A stretch of DNA of 32,000 nt from Desulfotalea psychrophila LSv54 (GTDB taxonomy: Bacteria > Desulfobacterota > Desulfobulbia > Desulfobulbales > Desulfocapsaceae). Shown piece after piece: positions 9,226 to 19,500 of this stretch. Position 1 is the first letter of the stretch; every line of letters starts with the position of its first letter. The stretch covers positions 2,520,001 through 2,552,000 of the forward strand of contig NC_006138.1 in the NCBI RefSeq assembly GCF_000025945.1, written 5' to 3'. The position numbers were made by a program, and so were the translations under genes. The notes below the pieces were generated by a model. That model was not told where the DNA came from, made no database searches, and saw only the letters and a program-made list of their open reading frames with translations.

Positions 9226-10962
9226 CTACATCGCTGTCATTGGTAGATACTCAGGACTCCAGCGCATCTTAGAAATAAGCACCTTCATTCGAGCAGGGTC
9301 ATTATTGTGGCTAAAATCGGAATAGACACATGGTCTGCTCACCCCATGCTCAATCGCACATGTGGCGACGGCAAGGGCTACCTTCTCACTCACCTTGGAT
9401 ATTTCACTTACCTCGGGCACCAAACAGCCTCGATCAAGGGCCTCCTGACTAAGAGAATTTGATACGGCGTAGGCTGCTGCAGTGAAAAATTCAGGCAACA
9501 CCTCACGCGCTCCAGAGGCAAGCACCCCAAGACCAACACCAGGGAAGACAAAGACATTATTACACTGGCCAATGCGTGAGGTCTTGCCATCATGTTCCAC
9601 CGGAGCAAAGGGGCTACCAGTAGCCACAAGTGCCTGCCCATTTGTCCATGCGTAGATATCTTTAGGCTGTGCTTCAGCCATATGGGTTGGATTAGAAAGA
9701 GGGAAAATAACGGGTCTCTCTGTATTCCCCAGCATATTCTTGACAACGGTCTCGGTAAAACATCCACCCTGTCCCGAGGTGCCGATAAGAACGGTAACAC
9801 CTGCCTGCTTAATAACATTTTCAAGCTTATGATTTTCAGGATCTGCCAACCAGGAGAGCTTGGCTCCATCCTTGGCAAATTTCTTTTTGTAGGCCTCTAT
9901 TTTACGATCAACGGTGACCACACCACGTGAGTCAATGGTAAAGACCTTATCTCTAGCCTCCTCTTCAGACAGACCCTCTGCCATCAGGGCTACCTGAATC
10001 TGCTCACCAATCCCAACACCACCGGCACCTGCGCCATGAATAAGAAATACCTGATCGGTAAGCTTGGCGCGCTTAACTTTCATTGCGGAAAGAATCGCCG
10101 AGAAGGTAATAGCACCGGTACCCTGAACATCATCGTTAAAGGAGACCATGGAATGACGGTACTTATCACGGATATCGAAGGCATTTTGCTTGGAGAAATC
10201 TTCCCACTGACAGAGGGCATTCGGAAACACATTTCTGAAGGCACGGGCAAAACGATCAATAAAAGCGGTATATTCATCTCCTACGAGACGCTTCTGGCGC
10301 CAACCGAGGTAATGTTTGTCGGCAAGTAACGCCTCGTTGTCGGTACCAATATCAAGAGAGATGGGCAGACAATGCCATGGGGCAATACCTGCACCCTGGG
10401 TATAAAGCATTAATTTTCCAAGGCAAATGGCGATACCGCCTGCTCCCTGATCACCTATTCCAAGAATTCCCTGATTATCAGTAACAACGGCAACCCGAAT
10501 ATCACGATGGGCAAAACGACGAAGAATGTCCTCTGCCTGGTCAATGGTATCTGGAGAGAAATGAAGTCCGTTTGCCTGCCTGAACATTGCAGAGTACTTC
10601 TGCACAGCAAGCCCAACCGTCGGCGTATAGATAATACCCATGAATTTTTCTAAGTCACTCTGAATAAGGGCATGGGCAAGGGTGACATTACGATCAAAAA
10701 GAGAACGGATAAAAATATATTTTTCTTCCTCACTTTCTTTTTCACCAAGCTTTATATGACAATTTTCTACCTGCGCTTCAAGATCACGAAAGCCAGGTGG
10801 TAAAGAACCCTGAAGTCCAAAGTCATCACGTTCTTTAGAACTAAAGGCCGTGCTTTTATTGGTGTAGCTACAGGACATAATACTTGGCCCTGTTCCATAA
10901 ACAGCAATGTCACGTGTATTACCAAACTCATCATACTTAAACCGATACAAATCTGAAGACAT
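9226..10962 (-). CDS. NAD-dependent malic enzyme
   Basis: 578 aa; YTPTVGLAVQKYS, VVTDNQGILGIGDQGAGG, GLSEEEARDKVFTIDSRGVV, PTHMAEAQPKDIYAWTNGQALVATGSPF, NNVFVFPGVGLGVLAS. Confidence 0.95.
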   Translation of the reverse strand: MSSDLYRFKYDEFGNTRDIAVYGTGPSIMSCSYTNKSTAFSSKERDDFGLQGSLPPGFRDLEAQVENCHIKLGEKESEEEKYIFIRSLFDRNVTLAHALIQSDLEKFMGIIYTPTVGLAVQKYSAMFRQANGLHFSPDTIDQAEDILRRFAHRDIRVAVVTDNQGILGIGDQGAGGIAICLGKLMLYTQGAGIAPWHCLPISLDIGTDNEALLADKHYLGWRQKRLVGDEYTAFIDRFARAFRNVFPNALCQWEDFSKQNAFDIRDKYRHSMVSFNDDVQGTGAITFSAILSAMKVKRAKLTDQVFLIHGAGAGGVGIGEQIQVALMAEGLSEEEARDKVFTIDSRGVVTVDRKIEAYKKKFAKDGAKLSWLADPENHKLENVIKQAGVTVLIGTSGQGGCFTETVVKNMLGNTERPVIFPLSNPTHMAEAQPKDIYAWTNGQALVATGSPFAPVEHDGKTSRIGQCNNVFVFPGVGLGVLASGAREVLPEFFTAAAYAVSNSLSQEALDRGCLVPEVSEISKVSEKVALAVATCAIEHGVSRPCVYSDFSHNNDPARMKVLISKMRWSPEYLPMTAM

Positions 10963-11102
10963 TTCTCTACTCCTGAAAAATTTTAATTAACTTAACAAAC
11001 TTCAGTGATTTCTCCTGCCGCCACTAGCTGTACGCACAAAAAAAAGCATTCCTTAATGCTATCCAATTGACAACAAAGATCCCATGAGCAATAGTATGCA
11101 TC

Positions 11103-12164
11103 ATGAATAATTGGAAAAACATATTACAAGAAAGTATTACTTCGCCTAGCCAACTCCACCTTTTCAAAAAAAAACATCAAAATCTTAATGAAACGATATC
11201 AAATAAAGTTATACCAGATTTCCCTATGCGCATAAACTCTTATTTTCTGAGTTTAATAGAAGAAGTTGGCGATCCAATCTGGAAACAGTGCATTCCCGAT
11301 CCACGCGAAGAAGAGGATTTCATCTGCATGGAAGATCCCTTAGGAGAAGAGGCCCTAAGTCCGGTACCCAACCTTGTTCATAAATACCCTGACAGAGCTT
11401 TACTTCTCGTCACCAATCAATGCGCAGTGTACTGTCGTTTTTGTACCAGAAAGAGAATGGTCGGTACAGAACGAATGCATATAACAGAGGAAAACCTGCA
11501 GGCCTGCTACGATTATTTACGCAGGACCCCGGCAATACGTGAGGTACTTATTTCAGGTGGTGATCCACTCCTTCTTGCAGATGATAAAATAGATCATATT
11601 TTATCCGAGCTACAGAGCATTCCCTCAATTGATGTTATCCGTATTGGCTCACGGGTACCCTGCACCCTACCAATGCGCATAACGCCAGAGCTTGTCGCTA
11701 TCCTGCGAAAATATCATCCCCTTTACATTAATACCCACTTTAACCATCCCCGGGAACTTACCCCTGAGGCAAAAAAGGCCTGCGCCCTTCTTGCCGATGG
11801 TGGCATACCACTTGGTTGCCAAACGGTACTCCTTAAAGGGGTAAATGATAATGCTCAGACCCTCAAAGAACTTTTTTTAGGGCTACTCAAGATGCGGGTC
11901 AAACCTTATTATCTCTTTCAAGCTGATCTCACCCGCGGCACAAACCATTTCCGCACAACCACAAAGACAGGAATTGATATTATGCGCCAACTCTATGGCC
12001 ATATATCAGGAATGGCCATTCCTCGTCTGGCACTCGATGCACCGGGAGGAAAGGGAAAAATACCTCTCTCACCAAATTATATTAAAGAATCAGGAGAGAA
12101 TCTTATTTTTGAAAATTATTTAGGTGAAATATGCTCATACCCCGAGGCAGTTGATCCTCTTTAA
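11103..12164 (+). CDS. KamA-family radical SAM protein (lysine 2,3-aminomutase-like)
   Basis: 353 aa; radical SAM CxxxCxxC (CAVYCRFCTRKR), SGGDPLLLADDKI, VIRIGSRVPCTLPMRITPEL, INTHFNHPRELTPEA, DAPGGKGKIPLSPNYI. Confidence 0.88.
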   Translation: MNNWKNILQESITSPSQLHLFKKKHQNLNETISNKVIPDFPMRINSYFLSLIEEVGDPIWKQCIPDPREEEDFICMEDPLGEEALSPVPNLVHKYPDRALLLVTNQCAVYCRFCTRKRMVGTERMHITEENLQACYDYLRRTPAIREVLISGGDPLLLADDKIDHILSELQSIPSIDVIRIGSRVPCTLPMRITPELVAILRKYHPLYINTHFNHPRELTPEAKKACALLADGGIPLGCQTVLLKGVNDNAQTLKELFLGLLKMRVKPYYLFQADLTRGTNHFRTTTKTGIDIMRQLYGHISGMAIPRLALDAPGGKGKIPLSPNYIKESGENLIFENYLGEICSYPEAVDPL

Positions 12165-12271
12165 AAAAATCTCTACCACAAAAAACAACACTTAAAGTTG
12201 CAAAAACAACTTATACCGGTCATAGTAATCAGAATTAATTGATTTTTTATCTTTTACTCACCTAAATAATT

Positions 12272-13822
12272 ATGCAAAAAGCAGATATTATACGACAGGC
12301 ATTACACTCACGTGAGCTCCCCACCCTGCCTGTCGTGGCCAGCCAAATACTGACGCTTACAGCTGCAGAAGACGTAACCCTGACCTCTATTGCCCAACTC
12401 GTCTCACAGGATATTTCACTCTCAGCAAAAATGCTTAAGGTGGTGAACTCAGCCCACTACGGCTTCCCCCAAGACATATCATCGATTAATCAGGCAGTCT
12501 CCCTACTCGGTCTAAATGCAGTCAGATGCCTTGTCCTCTCCTTCTCATTTTTATCAATGAAGGTTGAACAGAAGGCAAATCTCTTTGATTTTAAAAGTTT
12601 CTGGCAGAGATCGCTTGCCTCAACCGTTACGGCTAAACTGATCCTCGATAATATTGAAAATGCCAACAGCGAAGAGGTCCTTATTACCGGCTTACTGCAA
12701 AACCTTGGTGAGCTTATCTTTGCTGTAGTTTTTCCTGATAAATATGAGGAGATACTGGAAAACTCAGAAGAGATCACCGCAGATAAGGGTACAACTGAAA
12801 GGGCCATTTTATCTGTAACCCATTGCAGGATGGGTTACGAAATTGCTAAGGCGTGGGCTCTGCCACCAAGTATCTATGTGCCTATTCTCTACCATCACAG
12901 CCCCAAAAGCTATACTGGTGGAAGTGCAGATGTGCAGAGAACAATTTCTGCCATCTATCTCTCCGACATTCTCACTCAGATTTTTTTTTCTCGGACACCA
13001 GAAATATATTACAACAAATTCCGGAAAGAGGCTCGCTCACTCCTGATGCTCAAGGAAGAAGATATTCAAAATATCCTCGCCAATGTGCATACCGAAATAA
13101 AAAAAGCCGGCAGTACCTTTGATATCGAAATAAAAAAAATACGCTCCATTCAGGATATTCTTCAAGAGGCTAATATACGCTTAAGCTTGCTCAATCTTAA
13201 CTACGACCAGGTAAATAGAAAACTTGTTGAAACCACTATAGAACTTGAAAAACTAACGGAAGAACTTGCTAAAAAAAACAGACAACTTGAAACCCTGGCA
13301 AATATTGATGGTTTAACGAATTGCTATAACCACAGATATTTTCAAAACGCCCTGGACCAGGAACTCAGCCGATCCAGCAGAAACAGTTTAGCAATCTCTT
13401 TAATCATGTTTGACATAGATAATTTCAAGAGATTTAACGATAGTTATGGCCACCAGGCAGGCGACTTTATACTTTGCGAGCTCACCAGGCTCATCCAGGA
13501 GCAGATCCGAAAAGACGACGTTCTTGCTCGTTATGGAGGAGAAGAATTTGTCATAATCCTCCCGGAGACAGAAAAAGAGGACGCCCTTATCGTCGCAGAA
13601 AAAGTTAGACACGCCTGTGAAGAGCACTCCTTTCAAAACATCCACAAGACACACCAGATTACCATAAGCTTGGGTGTCGCCACCGAACATTCTGCCCAGA
13701 TATCACCACTTAACAAGACCTCTTTTATCGACAAGACAGACCTTGCCCTTTATAGCGCCAAAGAAAATGGCAGAAACAAGGTTGTGGTATACTCTCCCAA
13801 AAAAAGAAAGTGGTTCCTATAG
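12272..13822 (+). CDS. HDOD domain plus C-terminal GGDEF (diguanylate cyclase) signalling protein
   Basis: 516 aa; N-terminal HDOD (LPTLPVVASQILTLTAAEDVTLTSIAQLVSQDISLSAKMLKVVNSAHYGF), coiled-coil linker, GGDEF domain (DGLTNCYNHRYF, DIDNFKRFNDSYGHQAGDFIL, ARYGGEEFVIILP). Confidence 0.92.
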   Translation: MQKADIIRQALHSRELPTLPVVASQILTLTAAEDVTLTSIAQLVSQDISLSAKMLKVVNSAHYGFPQDISSINQAVSLLGLNAVRCLVLSFSFLSMKVEQKANLFDFKSFWQRSLASTVTAKLILDNIENANSEEVLITGLLQNLGELIFAVVFPDKYEEILENSEEITADKGTTERAILSVTHCRMGYEIAKAWALPPSIYVPILYHHSPKSYTGGSADVQRTISAIYLSDILTQIFFSRTPEIYYNKFRKEARSLLMLKEEDIQNILANVHTEIKKAGSTFDIEIKKIRSIQDILQEANIRLSLLNLNYDQVNRKLVETTIELEKLTEELAKKNRQLETLANIDGLTNCYNHRYFQNALDQELSRSSRNSLAISLIMFDIDNFKRFNDSYGHQAGDFILCELTRLIQEQIRKDDVLARYGGEEFVIILPETEKEDALIVAEKVRHACEEHSFQNIHKTHQITISLGVATEHSAQISPLNKTSFIDKTDLALYSAKENGRNKVVVYSPKKRKWFL

Positions 13823-13829
13823 TAGAGGT

Positions 13830-16436
13830 TCACATAAGATTTTCTGGATCAACATCAATAATCATCGTTATCTTTGCCAGCAACAGCTCTTTCCCGGCAG
13901 ACTCCACCCTGTGACAGAGGGTATGTAACTTCTCGTAACAGCTCCCTTTTATGAGCACCTGCCAACGGTAGGAATCCTTTATCCTGTCAATAGGAGCAGG
14001 GGCAGGGCCCAGTATGTCAACTTGAAGTTTTTTATCCCGATTTTCCCGGCGACAAAAGTTGGCTATATTTCCCGCACTATTCTTTACCTGCCCCTCGTTC
14101 TCACCTCGAATATGAAAGGCTATCAGACGGACAAATGGTGGGAAAAGCGGGTTTTGCCTAAGAGATATTTCATGCTCATAAAAGGCCTGATAGTCATGAT
14201 TGCGGGCAAAGGCAATAGCATAATGGTCCGGACGCATGGTTTGAATAAACACCTTGCCAGGAGAATCACCTCGCCCGGCCCGGCCGGTTACCTGACTAAT
14301 CAGCTGATAAGTTTTTTCTGCGGCCCGAAAATCAGGTAAACTCATCCCGCCATCGGCCCAGACAACACCTACTAAAACCACCCCGGGAAAATGATGGCCC
14401 TTGGCAATCATCTGAGTACCAATAAGTACATCTATCTGACCATCACGCATCTTTTGCAATATTTTCAAAAAATGTTCTCTGTTCCCAGCTGTATCAGAGT
14501 CCAGCCTCGCTACCCGAGCCTCTGGAAGCAATTTTTGCACCTCTTCCTCAACACGCTCTGTGCCAAAACCCACGGGCACAATATTTGCTCCGCCACAACT
14601 TCTACAGACGGTTGCTTCGGGCAGGGAAAAGCCACAATAATGGCACACCAATTTTTTTGAATGCCTGTGCAGAGTCAAAGAGACATTACAACGCTTACAG
14701 GAGACAATTTCCCCACAATCACGACAAAGAACAATAGCTGAAAATCCCCGCCTGTTCATAAGTAAAATGGACTGTTTGCCCTGAGCCAGTACCTCCTTGA
14801 GTGCTGTCTGCAGGGGAGGTTGAAAGATCCCCTTCTTCTTCTTTCCCTTATCTCTAGTGTTAAGATCGATCACCCTTACCCGTGGCAGGGTTCTGGAACC
14901 AATCCTGTTCTTCATTGTCAGAAGGCGGTATTTACCACTTTTGGCATGATAAAAGCTTGTTACCGAAGGCGTTGCTGAACCGAGGACAACCGTAGCAGAG
15001 TGGTATTTTGCCCGAAGAACGGCAAGGTCCCGAGCATTATAACGAAAGCTGTCATCCTGCTTAAAGCCACCATCATGTTCCTCATCGACCAGGATGAGTC
15101 CAACATTTTTCAGGGGAGCAAAAATTGCCGACCGTGCCCCAATAACAATTTTAGCCCGGCCAGAGAGGGCAAGGCTCCACTGGTCATACTTTTCACTGGC
15201 CTTTAAACCGGAGTGTTGCAAAACCACAAGATCACCAAAACGGGAGACAAAATAGGCCTCTAGTTGGGTGGCCAGAGCAATTTCTGGCACCAAAACGAGG
15301 ACATCTCTGCCCCGAGCTATGGCCTCCTCGGCCGAGCGCAGATAGACCTCGGTCTTGCCACTTCCAGTAATCCCATAAAGTAGAAAGGGAGCAAAAATTT
15401 CCCCTTCTATTGTCTTCTTTATTTCACTGCAGGCCTCTTCCTGCTCAGGACTCAGCTCTTCGATGCGGGGGAAAAAGGGCAAGGTATCACCAAAGGGATT
15501 ACGAAAAACGCGTCTTTGAAAACGTTCAACAAGCCCTCGCTCTTCAAGATAGACCAGAGCCTTAGCAGCACCCGGATAGAGCCTGAGCAGATCTCGTCTG
15601 GGCACATCGGTACTGTTATTTTTATGGGCCAAATAGGACAAATAGTAGAGAGTTTTTGCCTCAGAAAAAAGCATCTTCCCGGTAATGGACGACAACAGAC
15701 TCTGGCGGAACTCCTCTATCTGAGAGGTTTCAGGGGAAAGCTCTGCCTGCAGGGAGTCAATATCAAGGGCTAATCCAAGCAAATGATAGCATATTTCATT
15801 TTTTTCCCGGACACTATCACCGACCTGCTCCTGTCCTATCTGGACAAGTCCCAATTCTTCCAACTTGGTAAGGAGAGTTCTGTTTTTGGACTCCTTTAAC
15901 AGAGACCGGCTTTCAGCAAAGCTGAGCTTACCCAGTTGGCAAACCCTCTGCAGCCAATCGGGCATCTCCTGTATAAGCCCAGCTAATTTTTTCTCATCCC
16001 ACGGGGCCTCTCCTCTTTTTATGACAGAGACCGTCTTCTGGGTCAGGCCACCGGGTAGGGCACTTTTAATAACAAGCCCGAGTGGATAATGATAATAATC
16101 TGAAATCCATTTAAAAAATGGCAACATATTACTATGAAAAAGGGCGCCCTTATCTAAAAAACGAAGGATAGAACGAATCTTATACTTTTTTTCTTCCCTC
16201 CCCTCTGGACAAGCAACCTTTTCCCTTAAAATATTTATAATATAGGCGGTAGCCTGCCTGCCACTAAGCGGCACCAGAACTCGCATGCCAAGCATATGGG
16301 CATCTGAACGGCCACCGGTATCAACCCCCCTTAGCGAGTAGGTAAGTATTTGATTTACCGGCAGGGCAAGAGCAACCTCTACCTCTGGATCTATTTTAAT
16401 TTCCACTATATCCCCAAAAAAATCTCCCATTGCCAC
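13830..16436 (-). CDS. priA: Primosomal protein N' (replication restart helicase)
   Basis: 868 aa; LLYGITGSGKTEVYLRSAEEAI, LVDEEHDGGFKQDD, ILLMNRRGFSAIVLCRDCGEIVSCKRCNVSLTLHR with zinc-binding Cys pairs, GTQMIAKGHHFPGV. Confidence 0.96.
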   Translation of the reverse strand: MAMGDFFGDIVEIKIDPEVEVALALPVNQILTYSLRGVDTGGRSDAHMLGMRVLVPLSGRQATAYIINILREKVACPEGREEKKYKIRSILRFLDKGALFHSNMLPFFKWISDYYHYPLGLVIKSALPGGLTQKTVSVIKRGEAPWDEKKLAGLIQEMPDWLQRVCQLGKLSFAESRSLLKESKNRTLLTKLEELGLVQIGQEQVGDSVREKNEICYHLLGLALDIDSLQAELSPETSQIEEFRQSLLSSITGKMLFSEAKTLYYLSYLAHKNNSTDVPRRDLLRLYPGAAKALVYLEERGLVERFQRRVFRNPFGDTLPFFPRIEELSPEQEEACSEIKKTIEGEIFAPFLLYGITGSGKTEVYLRSAEEAIARGRDVLVLVPEIALATQLEAYFVSRFGDLVVLQHSGLKASEKYDQWSLALSGRAKIVIGARSAIFAPLKNVGLILVDEEHDGGFKQDDSFRYNARDLAVLRAKYHSATVVLGSATPSVTSFYHAKSGKYRLLTMKNRIGSRTLPRVRVIDLNTRDKGKKKKGIFQPPLQTALKEVLAQGKQSILLMNRRGFSAIVLCRDCGEIVSCKRCNVSLTLHRHSKKLVCHYCGFSLPEATVCRSCGGANIVPVGFGTERVEEEVQKLLPEARVARLDSDTAGNREHFLKILQKMRDGQIDVLIGTQMIAKGHHFPGVVLVGVVWADGGMSLPDFRAAEKTYQLISQVTGRAGRGDSPGKVFIQTMRPDHYAIAFARNHDYQAFYEHEISLRQNPLFPPFVRLIAFHIRGENEGQVKNSAGNIANFCRRENRDKKLQVDILGPAPAPIDRIKDSYRWQVLIKGSCYEKLHTLCHRVESAGKELLLAKITMIIDVDPENLM

Positions 16437-16569
16437 TTAGACAAGAGGAGAAAAAGCACAAACTTGCAAAAAAGCTACTGCTCATCCCCTTCTTATGGTA
16501 AAAAGCAGGCGCAGAGTCTAATAAATAAACAATATGTACCATATATTCTTCCCCACATCCATTATCACC

Positions 16570-19500
16570 ATGTCAAAACTTCTCACCATACTACCGATAG
16601 ACAAACATAAAGACGAAATTATCACCGCGATCAAAGAGAACCAAGTTATCGTTATCGCTGGAGATACAGGATCTGGCAAGACAACACGCCTACCACAGTA
16701 CTGTCTCGAAGTAGCCCAGGAGGGTAAGTTAGTGGGTTGTACCCAACCAAGACGACTTGCCGCTGTATCCGTTGCCGCCCGGGTGGGAGAAGAGGTTGGA
16801 CGAAGTGAAGAGGTGGGCTATAAAATTCGTTTTCACGATTACACCACAGCAAAAACAAAGATAAAGTTTATGACCGATGGTGTCCTTTTGGCAGAGACAA
16901 AAAGTGACAGAGATCTCCGTAAATACTCTATCCTGATAGTCGATGAGGCCCATGAAAGAAATCTCAACATTGATTTCCTCCTTGGTTACCTGAAGAGACT
17001 GTTGCCAAGACGACCGGATCTCAAATTAATTATCACCTCGGCAACCATTGATACAGCATCTTTTGCCAAGCATTTTAATAACGCCCCGCTCATCTCCATC
17101 GAGGGACGTACTTTCCCCATCGACCTGCGCTATGCACCTATTGCAGATGAGGATGAAGATTACCTTGAACACTGCACCGGGGTTGTAAGCCAACTTTTTT
17201 TACGGGAACGTCCGGCAGATACCCTGATATTCTTACCAACGGAAAAAGATATCCGCAACTGCTGCGAGATGCTGGCCAAGCATATCCCAAATGTAGAGAT
17301 ACTGCCCCTTTTCGGTCGCCTGCAGGGAAGTGACCAACGGCGAATTTTCCAGCCATGTCCTCAGGGAAAGATTGCTAAAATTGTCGTTGCCACCAATGTG
17401 GCAGAAACATCCATCACGGTACCGGGCATACGTTATGTAATAGACAGTGGTCTGGCCAGAATGACCTATTACAGTGTCCGTTCAAAAACAACCAGCCTTC
17501 CTATTCAAAAAATTTCCCGGGCCAGCTGTGACCAGAGAAAGGGCCGTTGCGGTCGGGTATCTTCCGGTACCTGCATTAGACTCTTTGCAGAGGAAGACTA
17601 TCTGGGACGTGATGAATTTACCCTGCCCGAGATTAAAAGATCCAATCTTGCCGAAGTCCTTCTGCAGATGAGCAGTCTAAAATTGGGGGATCCAAATAAA
17701 TTTCCCTTTGTTGATCCGCCGGCCACCAGCACTATTCGGGATGGCTATGCCCTTCTGCAAGAGCTGGGGGCAATCAAGGGGTACGAACTAACCCTACGCG
17801 GGAAAATAATGGCAGATCTACCTATTGATCCCTGTATTTCCAGAATATTAATAGAGGCCAGCAGCAACAGCTGTCTGCGCGAAACAATGATTATTGCCGC
17901 AGCCCTCAGTGTTCAGGACCCGCGAATCAGACCGGCTGAAAAGGAGAAAGAGGCAGACCAGGTTCATCAACGTTTTGCCCATAAACACTCAGACTTTATG
18001 GCCCTGCTCAATATCTGGAATAGCTTTCATGAAGAGGAAGAGAAAAAATCGTGGTCAAGGCTGAAAAAATTCTGCAAAAGCAATTTTCTCTCCTTTCAAA
18101 GAATGCGTGAATGGCTTGATCTACATGAACAGCTGTGCCGAATAGTTAAACGGTACAAGGAGTTCTCTTTTAATGAAAATGACGGCTCATACGAACAGAT
18201 CCACAGATCCATTCTTGCCGGATTTCTTCGTAATATTGCCCTAAAAAAAGAGAAGAAGATCTACATGGGGGCAGGAAACAGAGAACTGATGGTTTTTCCC
18301 GGTTCCCACCTCTTCCAAAGTGCAGGACAGTGGATTATGGCTGCAGGATTCCTCGATACTAACCGTCTCTACGCCTTAACGGTGGCAACAATTGAGGTTG
18401 ACTGGATTGAACCCCTGGCAAAGTCACTCTGCAGGTACAGCTGGGCAAACCCTCGTTGGGAGAAAAAAACAGGACAGGTCATAGCCGACGAGAAGGTTAC
18501 CCTTTTTGGCCTTGTTCTGCTTGCCAGCCGTAGGGTAAATTTCGGTAAAAGAGACAAAAAGAACAGAGCCGAAGCCCGACGTATCTTTATAGAATCTGCT
18601 CTTCTCAGTGGTGATCTTTGGGGGAAATACCCCTTCCTGAAAAACAATCTCACTCTGGTTAGCCAGTGGCAGGAAACTGAAGAACGATTAAGAAAAAGAG
18701 ACATTGTCTACAGTGATACTGCCCTCCATCAGTTTTATCAAGATCGACTTGGCGAAGATGTCTATGACAGAACAAGCCTGGAAAAATTTTTGAAACAGAC
18801 AGAGGACAAAAAAGCTCTCTTTATGACAGAGCAGGACATACTACGCCGGACCCCGGAGACAAGTGAATATGCAGATTTTCCCACCACTATACAGATTGGA
18901 TCCCTCTCGCTTAAGCTCAGTTACACCTTTGATCCCCGCGGCAACCGTGACGGTTTAACAGTTCATATACCCGTTGATCTTGCCGACACAATCTCCCCTG
19001 GACGTTTTGACTGGCTCGTTCCCGGATTTTTAAAAGAGAAGATCACCTTCCTCTTAAAAGGCCTGCCCAAGTCTCTTAGAAAAAAGCTCGTTCCCATAAA
19101 TAGTTCCGTTGACCGAATCATGGATGATATCAGCACAAAGGCACAGTCGCCAAGTGGCAACATGCTCAGTTGCTTAGAGTCCTCTATTCTAAAACTCTAT
19201 CGATTCAACCTACAGCGCTCTGATTGGCCTCAGGAACTGCCACATCATCTCACCCCCTATTTTGTCCTTGAGGCTGATTCTGGCAAGGAGGTTTGCTCGG
19301 GAAATAATTTAAAGCAGATGCTTACCGGGACGCCAAACAAAGGTGCCATCAGTCAGGAGCAGTTTTCCTTGAAAAAAGATGCCCAGATCATAGTTGATAA
19401 GTGGAAGGGTTGGGAGGGTGACAGTTGGGCCTTCGACCAGCTTCCCGCCTCTATCCCCCTCTATAATAAGCAGGGAAGTATTTCAGGATTTTTATTTACC

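Noticed and set aside
9408-9878. 156-aa minus-strand ORF in an alternate frame of the malic enzyme gene
   Set aside because: Entirely within the malic enzyme CDS and its translation lacks any motif; a typical frame shadow.
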